A stretch of DNA of 64,000 nt from Bugula neritina (Eukaryota > Animalia > Bryozoa). This document shows positions 11,901 through 23,814 of the stretch, piece by piece. A program made the position numbers and the translations under genes. Under the pieces are notes generated by a model. That model was not told where the DNA came from. It ran no database searches and was given only the letters and a program-made list of their open reading frames with translations. Position 1 is the stretch's first letter, and each line of letters starts with the position of its first letter. The stretch is from contig OZ037765.1 of the NCBI GenBank assembly GCA_964035545.1, positions 6,954,698 to 7,018,697 of the forward strand, in the 5' to 3' direction.

Positions 11901-14900
11901 CGTTTTAGCTTTTAGCGAACTGAATTGATACAGTTTCATATAATTTACATTTCCGCTTTTATAATATCTAAAGTCACTTTGCCGATGACGTAGTTTTATA
12001 AACAAACGTCTGTAGGCGAGCAGTAAAGTTTAACGCTAACATCATTAGTTAATAAACTTCCTCACTCGCAACACACGCATTGTGTGTGGCATATCTGAAC
12101 GGGTGGCCCTACGGTTACAGCTGAAGGTTTTACTAAATTAAAAAGAAAAATATTTCAAATGTTGGCATTAAGTCAGCTGACATAAAAGAAAGCTAGCAGT
12201 GTGATGGAATATCAACATTATATGTAACAAACTATATATTGGCAGCACAACAACACACACCATGCACATAACAAGTCACAACAAAAAGAAAAACACTCAA
12301 CATTTTCCTACCAGACACAGCTTCTACCTCCGACATACAACTAGAAAAGTCATCAAAACAATAACTACTTTAAATATTCACGTATAGAATAGAGACAAAA
12401 AGTGAACATTAGCAATAAACTGCCCTTCCTATTTGCTTGTTTTGAAAAGTTTTATTGACTAACATCTAAATTAATAAAAAAATTATTGTGCAGTGTGTAC
12501 TGGGAGATGCTCCCAACTTGCCACAGTGAATATAGAACGACAACTCTAAAATGCAAAGAGAGGTGTGGAGTTGCCTATTTCTGCTTAACTTAGCTTTATA
12601 ATTCTAGTTTGAAGTGTGGCCTGTAAAGCTCGAGTGTTTTAGTTCATAGGGATACAATTTCTTACATTACAAACTTTGATTAAACTATTCGAAAAGCTCT
12701 ACCAAACAGCATTTTGCAAAGCTGTAATGCTCTTATAACAGATTTGTTGGAAGTAGAGCTAACATCACGACATTGGATGATAAAAATCCTGACCTGACTA
12801 GAAGGTTTGTATAAAAAGTTGATCAGTTTAAACTTTACAGTATATCAAAATAATATTCATCAAGTATCTTAGCAGGTACTTTGCTGGTAAACATGTTGAA
12901 CTTCCGTAATTATAGTCAAAACACACAAACAAGAATGCATGATTCAACATCCTAATCATTCAATCCAATTAGTGTTTTCTATTTTTTAAACAATTTGTAA
13001 TGCTAATCTTGCTTTTCGATTTATAAGAGTTTTGAAAACAATGTTCTCAACAAAATATAGCAAGTCTCCCTTCTAAAACGGTTTTTATGTTTGACTAGTA
13101 GATACCGACAAACTATATCACGACATGTGTTTACCTTGCCATCAGAAGAGAAGACATAGATATTACGAGTGTGACCTCGCTGGTCTGGGTACGAGATCTG
13201 CATGCCGTTCAGGTTACCAATCTTACTCGGCACAAAACAGCAATTCAACTTGTCGACGGGCAACTTGGCTTTCGGGCTTTTAGCCTGAAAAAGAGCAAAA
13301 TACGATTTGAGAACAGAGTGCACACAGTGTGGTGAGACACAAACTTCACCACCACTAATACAAACATTTAAATCAGCACATAGTTTAGCACGAAACCTGG
13401 CAATTTATACAGTTTCTTAGCATTTGAAGGTTGCAGTTTTTTAGCTAGCACTGTCACCCAACTGGTGTGACTTAACTGGTGTAACTCAACTGGTGTGACT
13501 CAACTGATGTGACTCAACTGATGTGACTCAACTGATGTGACTCAACTGATATGACTTAGCTGGTGTGACTTGATTGTTGTGACTCACTCTGCCTCAAGAA
13601 AACTGGCCATTACTACTTTGACAGTGTATAATTAATGAAAAAGAATGAGTATTTAGTAAGCTCAATTACTTATACAGAATTTCCTACCAACCTTTGACTT
13701 GTAAACAGGCAACAACAATACTAAGCTGGAAGTTATACACACCCCAATCAAATGAAGCAGGGATGGGTAACTATATACGCTACAGATATTGATAAAACAT
13801 ACAAACATATCTAAACTACAGCATAAATACATGTTAAAGGTGTGTGCACAAGAAAACTGATGTTTCTTCTATATTTTGGGACAAAGTATCTTCAATTGAA
13901 ATCTTTTGCTCACAAAATATGTACCAAAGTCAATTTTTATAGGCATACAATTCTAATAATGTACTTAAGCTGTAACTAAAATATGCACATATGCAACTAA
14001 TGCAGCCTTGCTTTAAAAGAATGCAACATAATACTTCCTATATGAGAATGAGGCGTGTTTCTAGCCATGTTTACCCCTTCTCTGGTGTAGTACATAAGTA
14101 GGTTTTCTCTTCCTCGAAGTTCGAATCTACGAGACAAAAACTTTCCGTCATCTCTACCTCTCTTCATAAGATACCCCGACTTCTCATCCATTAAGTAGAG
14201 CTGCCTTTCAGGACTCTGAAACTCGAGTCTTTCATATTTGGCTTTAATCCACTGTTCTTTTAGCACTCTAAACACACAAAACAGTTGCATACACACATAG
14301 ATATATTAGCTGCGTACAATGTGCCTTATCTACATATATGTGTGTGTATACATGTACAACCAGACATACAAGGGATGCACTGCACCACAACAAAAGTATT
14401 GTACCTACACATGTACACTTACGTTGGAGTGTTTTTATCAGGACGTCTGTAGCATGGCGGAACTGAAACAAGATATTTCTTCGCAGCACTTGCATTTCCT
14501 AGTTCATCCATCGCCTACACATTTTTGTTTGAAGTTAATTATCAATAATTACAATATGTTTATATAATTAAAACTCATCTACATATTCTACAATATGTAC
14601 AGTTGTGTGAAGTGAAGTATGCAACCACACATAGTGTCAAAGATAGATAGACCAAAATAGTCAACAAAACTATTGTGGAAAACTCCTCATCTATTTTCAT
14701 CAATACAGATTGTCACCACTAAACTTTCAAACAGTGAGCGGCATATAGAGCACATAATAATATACGTTCGCAGCTAACAATATACACTTTTAAATACTTG
14801 TGTGTGCTAGAGTAGAGGGCAGGTGTGTAGAAATTGATTTTAATGTATGTATGTTATTATGAATTGGTAACAAACTAGTTGCATTTCTATAATGTTATGT

Positions 14901-16015
14901 CAAATGGAGTCTAACCATAGATCATCTCAGTTTTACAGCAACTAATCAGAAACATGGAAACAGGTAAAAGATTGAACTCTGTCAGTCAGTCTGCCCAGCT
15001 CAACTGTAGACCAATCAGATTATGCAAACTCAGCAGCTCACATGTTAGAGAGGTAGAGAATTAGGCCCAAAGTAACTTGCATCAAATCACAAAGAAAACT
15101 AAAAAAACCACTAGTAAAAAAATAAAAGACAAATAGTGCTATCAACTATACCATTCAAATCATTTCCAAATGCCAACAAAGCAAATGGCCAAATAATGTA
15201 CTAATATATTGCAATCCACGCTTGGTAAACACTTGCATAACCTATCTCAGCTGCGTAAAGGATACTTCCCTAAACAGTGTGCATCATAACAGTGGTCTAC
15301 GATGGGTAATAGAAAGATATGAACGACTTATCAACAAGCAGTGCTGGGATGAGTTGAACAAATATTTGTGGGGAAGAATAAGTGTCATATGGTTAGATAG
15401 CTTCAGGAAAGAAAAAGGAGGAAGAAAAGTGATGATGAAACAGCAAATAGCTAAAGTTTATAAGAGAAAATTTATTTAATTAAAACGTTTATCAATTTTT
15501 GTTATTCAAGAATAGAATTTGAATTATTCAGCATTGTACATCAATTAATGCTGTTTTTCAAAAAATAAGGGAAATTAGAAAAAAAATTCAGAACAGAAAT
15601 GGTAATTAGACTTATCTCGTAGGACAAATTTGCAATAAATATGGCTACTAATGTAACCTACCGCAACTTGTTCATCATCCCAGTTATCGAGCTTGATTCC
15701 TTTTGTTTTACTAACATGTGTACCCAGAGACCGGTGTATTCCACAGCATGTAGCACAAAGGAACACACCAATGCTGTAAGATGCCCACTCTGGTTCTATA
15801 AATACCATAAAACTGTGTAGAAAATACTAACATAACTTTATAACAAATATTCAGAAGAAATAGAGAGACATAGATAAGAAAATTTCATAAGTTAAAGTCT
15901 TATCAGCAGACGTAATGAGGATTGACAAACCTTCCGCATTACAATCAGCACATCTGTTGTCATTACCAGGCTTGAGCCTTATGTCCAATAACCTTCTGTG
16001 ATTCCCACCACTCAT
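8958..16015 (-). CDS. ADAP1: ArfGAP with dual PH domains (centaurin-alpha), ~374 aa, 8 coding exons
   Basis: Exons 16015-15931, 15795-15662, 14514-14423, 14267-14075, 13284-13135, 10561-10343, 9719-9497, and a tentative last exon 8986-8958. ArfGAP zinc finger CADC-X16-CATC-X4-R, WIKAKYE, PH1 GYLMKRG..FLSRRF, PH2 GWLYKTGP..WKRRWF. The last exon is uncertain; ADAP1 versus ADAP2 cannot be resolved in an invertebrate. Confidence 0.92.
9775..9983 (+). mobile_element. tRNA-derived SINE, family A, copy 2
   Basis: TGGTCTAGGAGTTAAAGCG..GGGTTCGATCCC..GGTGATGTTAGGAAGGG..TTTCTCACAGGGATGGCGACTATAAAC, matching the reverse complement of 2185-2402. Confidence 0.8.
11711..12114. mobile_element. PIF/Harbinger-type MITE, 404 bp, TTA target-site duplication
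   Basis: TIRs GCGTAGGGCCACACG and CGGGTGGCCCTACGG, flanked by TTA at 11708-11710 and 12115-12117; CpG-rich interior unlike the host intron. Confidence 0.8.
13459..13587. repeat. 14-bp minisatellite (AACTGATGTGACTC)n, about 9 copies
   Basis: Direct tandem units in an ADAP1 intron. Confidence 0.9.
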
Positions 16016-18830
16016 AATAAATTGTTATCTGAAACATTATTTGAAAATGGTAATAAATAGTTTTGAGAACATTGAGAGCTAACAGAGGAGGGAATCATAA
16101 TGCACTGCAATGAGATATTTTTAGTTTATATGTTGTTTGGATATTATCTAATGTTGACTAGCTGCTACTTATGGTTATATTCAATGTAAGCAACACCAAA
16201 AGGTTTGAGTGAATCACTCAATTACTGAAAAAACAATAGCTTATTTGAGCTAAGTATTTTCAGCAGATGAAAAGGGGATATTTTTAGCACATATACAATA
16301 ATTGTAGCTAATGTAAAGGCACTATAGAGAAAGTTTTACTTTGCAATTATGATACTATCATCTGTATGCTGTGATGTTTTGCCAATTTTTCAGAGAAGTT
16401 TTTTTCGGTTGGTTATATCAATGATTTTAGTACTTTTTAGATATTATACATCTAAGACATTAATTTCCAACTACTATGTCAAACTTTATCCTGAGTTAAA
16501 CCTTCTAGTTTTTCATAACAAATTTAGCCTTCTTAAAATGTTTTTAAGCAACAACACGCTAGCTACTGCAATTATAAAGGCTTACATGACACAAAAAAAT
16601 TTGCTTGAATTGCAATTTTGACACTCATTTGTTTTAAAATCATAAACTTGACAAGATTGCCCATAAAAAGCTGCTAAACTAACAACTAACAAACTCAAAA
16701 TCATTTGGAAACATTTTTATTTTTCTTCTAGAAATTTTCTTTTAGTGTAACTAATAACCTTGCTCAAGTTCAATTTTTGCAGTTTTTAAAGTATAAGCCA
16801 GAGTTGTAAATTTTTATTTAAATAAAGTACTACAATCTTTCTCCATCTGTAGGTTTCTAGAATCTAGATCTCTGCTAAAAAACATAATGATACCCTTTTT
16901 GGTTATTTGCTAATTATGATTGCACCATATTTTAAATAAGCCTCGTCTTGGTGAAAATATCATGTGTAGAACATCGGTTTTGAGCTACTTTTAGGTTACG
17001 TATTGGCTTTGTGACAAACCTGCATTAAAATATAAGGACTTGGATTATGGGGCTTAGATTTGATGTAAAGACAGATATAATAACTCCATATGAAAGTTTC
17101 TGTACTTGTCAAACTTGTCATTTTTGATAATCCAACTTAAAATGAAAAAGTTTTAAACAACTGAATAACAGAAACTGTCCCAGCTTTAGCAGGTGTCAAC
17201 ACAAATTACATAATATGATTACAAAATTACAAAATACGCTGATTGTGCAGGGCATACGAACTATGGTAGACAAAACATAGGGTGAATAGTTTAAACAGAT
17301 ATCACAATTATTACAATTACCAACTATTATTATGACTATGACTATCATTTGCTTTTATTCTTTTACTATTAGTGTTAGTAATTTATGCATGATTAGATTT
17401 ACTATACTATAACATTCTTAAACTTTAAATTAAAGTAAGTGTAGGTGTATAGCCTACAGTTTATACAGAGTGAAATTCACTTAAAGTTATAGTTAGTGTC
17501 GGCTAAGACTAAGAGCAACACTAACTCAGTTAGAGTAGAACTAGTAACTAGAACTCATCGCAAATAGACTATAGCTTATAAATATAATGCAAAATAGAAG
17601 TCTAACAATGATAGTTATAATTATTACTATTAGTATTACTATAACTTTAACACTAACATAAGTGCAACCCACTATGACCAATAACGCTAATAACTATATA
17701 ATTATAAACTAATATACTATATAATAACTATATAAACTATATAATAATAACTATAAAACACTAATAACAGCCCACAAGCCATTAATCACTATAACTATAA
17801 CACAAACAGTATAAGTATTAGTGCAACCTACTGATAAGTAATAACTATAACTATAACTAAAGGATAACTATGAGCATAAGTATAACTTAGACTATTGCAA
17901 TGAGATTAATTTGAATTACAACATAAAGCTACACTGCAACTGAAAGTTATTAAGTATAAGATCAAGCCTAGCAATATATCAAACGTGTTCCGATATAAAT
18001 ATAATTATCATGATGATGATAATTAGGTTATTATCATGATTACCATTACCATTACGATCTTACTAAAAATGCACCCAAACTGAAACTGATAATGTAATAC
18101 TAATACTAATAGTAATAGTGTAACTGCAAGTGTATCAGTTTTCACTGCATTACATATTGATATATCTTTGATTTTATTAATATTTATTGAATATTATTAA
18201 TATTTTATTTATACTATTGCTGATTTTTGCTTGAACGTTTTACTTTTAGTTTAACTTTAATCTTTAGATTTATTATCAATAAATAATTATTGGATAATCA
18301 TAAGTTATACTTAAACTTGTAGACTATCAGTATCACTATCACGATGTCTATAGTAGTGCTAGTGGTACTACTAGTACTGTAACATAAAATTCAATAACTA
18401 ATACTAATAGTAATAGTAATACTAATACTAATAGTAATACCAATAGATATATACTATTATATAGTAAATTATAAGTAATGCAGACAGTAATACTTATACT
18501 AATACAGTATTATTAATATTAATTATCTAATACTAATACTAATAGTAATATTATTAGTATTAGTATTACTAATAATAATAGTAACAATAATACTAATAGA
18601 ATTAAACATAGTCATAGTGATACTGATATTCATATTGATAGTCTTACTCATACTGATACTGATAGTGATAGTTTTACTATTACTATTACTATTAGTATTA
18701 CTATTATTATTAGTAATATTTATATCATAAGTATATAAACGCAGATATTAATAATAAGTTTGTTATCCAAACTAACTCAAAGCTTCTGGGTAAACAAAAA
18801 CCACCCCACAACTGCAAGCTCCCACCTTAC

Positions 18831-19354
18831 GGGTAACTTGTTTATTGGACTAGTACTACTAGTTCCACTACTTGTAATAGTAGTACTAGTAGTAGTAGGT
18901 ATGTTTACTTGAAAGTTTTCCTGGTGTTAGAAAAGATTTTAATGCAGCTGTAAAAACATAACCCTCGGTTTTTGGTTTCTCCTGTTTTTAAGGAGTCCTG
19001 TCAAAATCAAATTATTTATAATCGGCATAACCGTATTTCTAAATAACCAAAGTTCTATAACTTCATTTAGACCTTGACCAAGATATTAGCGTAGGGCATT
19101 TCCGGATTCATTTTGGCGTTTACTAAATTCAGAATTAGAGGATCTGTTCCTGTATTACTATTAGTATAATTGTAATGCAGAACTGACTCTTTATCCTTTT
19201 TTCTTATGCTTTATTTTGTGTAGCTATCTTGTAGTATTGCTTTTTGCTCTAGTAGCAATTTAAAATACACCAACAGACAACTCAGCGTATACTGATACCA
19301 ACGAACTTTCTTGAAGCTCAAACTGAAATAGTGAAACTGAAAGTGAAAGTCAAA
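18831..19354. promoter_or_regulatory. Candidate bidirectional promoter with non-coding first exons of ADAP1 (-) and G-gamma 1 (+)
   Basis: Both genes have an acceptor just before the ATG (16029-16030; 21118-21119). Outward-facing donors: CCC|GTAAGG (minus, 18830) and AAA|GTGAGT (plus, 19355). ETS-like CCGGAAAT at 19098-19105 (minus) and local CpG enrichment. Confidence 0.45.
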
Positions 19355-21120
19355 GTGAGTAAACTAAAGCAAATTGAAATTAATTTTTAAAATTAACAAA
19401 TACTTGTGCTCATTATTGCTGATATTAAATAAGAAGCATTTATTACGTCTATCATACCGCTACATTTACTATGCTAATGTCGGTTGTAGTTGTGAAATTA
19501 TTATTAAATTTTAAATTTATCATTATGTCTAATTCTATCTATCATTATCACTATGACTTATGTGGATGCGGCTATGCTTATCACTTGGGCCCAAGGATAT
19601 GTTACCCACTGTATTGGCTATCAATAATTTATTAATGTTATAACTTTCGTTTTTTCAACCCTGTCTTTTGCTTTAAACCAAAACTTGACATAGTCAGTAT
19701 CAGGCTATTCTAATTCATGGTGATAATCATAGTGATAATGATTATTATTATCCTATGGTTAAAATATTCATATCGATAAGCCTAAGGTGCTTTATTGCTA
19801 GAGATTACTCAATTTTAGTCTGTGATTTCTATCATTAAAATTAGCATAGCAGTACCATTAGACTTGGTCTTTGTTAATACTTTACGGTAGTGATAAATAG
19901 TTAATATTATAGATTGTCTATACATAATGATAATTAACCTACTAAGGAAGTGTTCAACTATAATCATAGTGAATAACTAAAATAATAAACTATAAATAAG
20001 TAAATTTGGTCAATTTAATCAAACTTTCCTGCTCATGTTTACATAGTGAACATATTCTTTTAGTAGCTCAGCGAGGGTTTTTTGGGTCATATTTTAATTA
20101 TTTTGTAGTAAACATTGATGTCTTTAAATTATATATAATTTGTCGTAGTATTAAAATATTTAAAAAAGTATTTGGGCTATTAGCTAAATGCAAGTGGGGG
20201 CTTTATATAGATTTTGTGCACACATATATTCAATTAATTCGCAATTGTGATTTTCCTGTGGCCTGGGACAGTAATCATAGCAGTAGAGAACTAGTATTAA
20301 TTACTGCTAATTTTTGTTTTATACTGATTTTAGCTGGTGCATTACAAAAATAGCTTTGCACACTACTAAGCAATGATCAATTTACTATCCAGCTACATAT
20401 ATCAAAAATTAAAGTTGTAGTTACTACGTATTCAAATACTTTTAAGCATCAAAAGATTATTATAGCATATTATCAGTAGGTAGGAAAAATTATATTGCTC
20501 CGGTTCCCTTAGTTTCTGTACTAACTTTGATCAAGGCAAGAGTTACAATGTTCATACAGACATGATCTCTTGCTTATATTTTTACTGTAAGATACTGGCT
20601 TTTTTATTTTTTTAGTACAGAAAGTGCCTTTATGATTCTATGTAGATTATATCCTCTATTATTAGCAAGACTGTCATTTTGCAAGAAGGATTCTCTTAAT
20701 GACTAAATATAATTATCATCTTATTTGAAATTACCAATTTAAAATTGATTTACCATACTCTTTTTGCTTTAATCAAGAAACTTTTTTCATAGTTGGCAAA
20801 AATCTTGCATCTATAATTTAATTTCAATCATTGTTTTATTTCAAACTTGTGTCGCAGCCTCATAAATAAGATTTGCATTTTTATACTCAAAATTAAAACC
20901 AATCGTATTGCTTTTTTGTAGCTTATTTGTATCTCAACAGTGTAATTTGTGACTTTTAAAGGTTTTTTGTGTTGTCTGACTGAAAATTGGCATTTGGTAT
21001 TACTAAGAAACAATTCAAGCATCACAGGGCTTCTTTTTATTTATTTTGCCTAGTATTAATTTACAGAATCTAGATTTAGTTTATTGCCAAATTATATTTT
21101 ACCCTGTATTGATCTGCAGA

Positions 21121-21333
21121 ATGTCTAGAAATCCAAGAGAAGTACAAATGCGTCTGCAGTCTACAGCAGACTCTCTGCAGGTACAAGCTCAGTTGCCACG
21201 GAAACCGCTGTCTCAGACTCTTAAAGATTTGGTTGATTATTGCAAGGAGAATGCGGATTCTGATGAGCTGCTGTATCCTCCTAGGGCAGAGGCTAATCCC
21301 TTCAGAGAAAAATCTAGATGTACTGTTTTGTAA
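21121..21333 (+). CDS. Heterotrimeric G-protein gamma subunit (GGL domain), 70 aa, single coding exon
   Basis: MSRNPREVQMRLQSTADSLQVQAQLPRKPLSQTLKDLVDYCKENADSDELLYPPRAEANPFREKSRCTVL: R-x-x-x-S, YC, D-x-L-L, NPF and CaaX (CTVL). Confidence 0.9.
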   Translation: MSRNPREVQMRLQSTADSLQVQAQLPRKPLSQTLKDLVDYCKENADSDELLYPPRAEANPFREKSRCTVL

Positions 21334-22074
21334 ATGTCTCAATAATCCAAGTCTTGCCTCACTGATTGAGTAGATTAGATTATATAATCTTTAAAATTGA
21401 GATGGCGATGTAAGAAATATATTAGATTTTCTTGATGATCTGCGACAACAAATCAACTTTACAAAGTAATCCTCAAAATTTTATGAATCAATTTGTAAAT
21501 TATTACATGTTTCAAGTATTTTTTCTACTTCAGCTATTGACTTAAGTTTATAGAAGATGTGTCAATGTTTTGTATGGTGATTGGTGTTAATGATGTTCAA
21601 GAATATCAAAAGAAATGCTTTTTTATTCTCTTCTGAGTTTTTTTACAACTTTCAGCTTATGGTTCTTGCATCAAAATACTCTACTTGTCTTTTTAACTTT
21701 TTTATATACTGCTTCTAAATTTATATCAATGTTGTCTTATTGGTGTGTGAGACTGTTAGAGCTAACAGGTCAAGGAAATGAATCCTATATATAGTAGTTG
21801 TAAGTAAAATGTGTATCATGTTATCTATAAAGTGTTATAAACTCTTTCAAAATTAAGGTTGTGTTATAGACTTCTAATACGTAGAAAAATAAAGGTTTAA
21901 ACTTAACTATGGTCTCATGTAATTTGTTTCTGAATCTTTGCAGAATAACTTCCAACTTTGCTAAGAAGTTTGTGTTACTCAAGTAGTTATTCTTTTATTA
22001 TGGCTGTGAAGTTTAGTTAACATGTGTTTCTCAATTACACAGTGGACACCTTTGCTACTTGTGATTTCAATTTT

Positions 22075-22108
22075 CGCCTGCGAAAATACGCACCGTGTGG
22101 CCCTAGGC
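22075..22108. mobile_element. Truncated end of a Harbinger-type MITE related to 11711-12114
   Basis: CGTGTGGCCCTAGGC followed by TTA matches that TIR and TSD. Confidence 0.5.
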
Positions 22109-22743
22109 TTATACTTTGAAAGATCACAGGCTTCCCCAAATCTTTCAGGTCTACATAAGATTTTTTATACGCTTTGGTGATACTCTAAGAGGCCTACAGT
22201 GTTGACTGCAGTGGTGCACCTATAGAATAGATTAATGACATTTTAAACAGATACATCTTGCAAAGTTCTTCTGTTACTCCGCACTTAATTAATTTGAAAG
22301 CTTGCTATAACTTATACTGTAAGAATACATACATAAGTCTATAATACCATTTATATTTTACAATAAATTGGTTAGCAATTGTAGATGACCAAAATTGCTA
22401 AGAATGATAACAAAAATACAATCACACTTGGGACTATTGAAAATATTGCTAAATAAAATAGTTTATGTTTATGCTAAGAATAAAAGCCTATTAATTACTT
22501 ACAAAATCAAATGTCAAATGTGAACGGTCAGACTGGTGCTGTATTGACCTTGTGCATAAAAAGCACACCGAAAGCGTTCTTAGACAAGAGCTCTAAAGAA
22601 ATTATAGCTTTTATCAGCCATATATAGCTTCTAAGGATTCAACATTTACAACATATTCATTTAATGTTATGCCATAAAGTTGCAAAAGCAACTTTTGACC
22701 AGGGATTTTAGCTCCTGAAAGGCTAGTATAAACTGCATTAGAC

Positions 22744-23457
22744 ATGAACAACACTAACCTACCAGTAAGTATCATATTTTGCATATCAACTATAATACAG
22801 AGATATTACTATGCGGCTATACAACTATATTTCTGTATTAGTTGAACCTGTAACTATAGGCTGTGATCAATCCTGGATCTCTAAATATAATAGACAGTAA
22901 CATAATTAATAATACATGCCAATAAAATGATACAGTTTTGCAAAATAGTAATAACATACATAACTTACAGCTGTTCTAACAACCACTCAAGCATATGCTT
23001 CTCAATTGATGCCTAAAAACATGCCAGCATAGTTTTGCAATAAAACAAGTGTGACTGTTGTACTAGCATCGGTTTGATATGCTAGGCTGGTAAAGTGAAT
23101 TTGAAAACCAACGATGACTGACGCCAGAACTCATTTTCTAAAACTACAAAAATTGCATGTAGCTTCAATTGTATGCTATTGACTATTTCGTTGCAGTTGG
23201 GGTATGGGGAAGATGTACTTGAGTCACACATTGCATCCATGAGCAACCAGCAATATCAAGATCTCAAAAAGCTGGAGTACGAATATATTGAATTACAAGT
23301 GCAGAGTTTACAAAGCCGCACTGCAATGAACAGGACATTGGAAGACTTGGTGCAGCATTGTCTGAGTCATGAGCACTCAGACTACCTGATCCACAATCCT
23401 CCCTCTTCTGAATCTAATCCCTTCAAATCTAGACAGAAGCTATGCTCAATTTTATAA
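22744..23457 (+). CDS. Second, more divergent G-protein gamma subunit; 93 aa with exons 22744-22764 + 23197-23457, or 72 aa from ATG 23239
   Basis: R..MNRTLEDLVQHC..DYLI..NPFKSRQKLCSIL with CaaX. The micro-exon MNNTNLP ends in CCA|GTAAGT and splices in frame to TTGCAG|TTG. Confidence 0.82.
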
Positions 23458-23814
23458 AAGTGTGGTTTATCTCAGATCTTCAAAAATTATTTATTGTAAT
23501 TCAACCCATTCATTTTTTTTTTAAAACTAAAATAACAGAAAATATACTAAACAAAAATAATTTCTTGACTCTATGTAAAAAAGTTATTTGTAAAAATTAT
23601 ATACACGTAGATATAAAAGAAAAATTTACTTTGTACACTTGTAAAATTAAAGCTAGGTGGAGTGGGTAAATATAATACAGTGCTGTAGCTATAAGAAAAG
23701 TGAGAAGTGCAAAAATATATTTACAAATTTTCACCAAATCCACCAAATAAACAAATTATACAAGTTGAGAGCACCAACATGGTCATACATGTCTGACCTT
23801 GAAATATATGTCAT

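Noticed and set aside
15222-15479. 85-aa antisense ORF in an ADAP1 intron
   Set aside because: Non-ATG start, no recognisable motif and no splice support.
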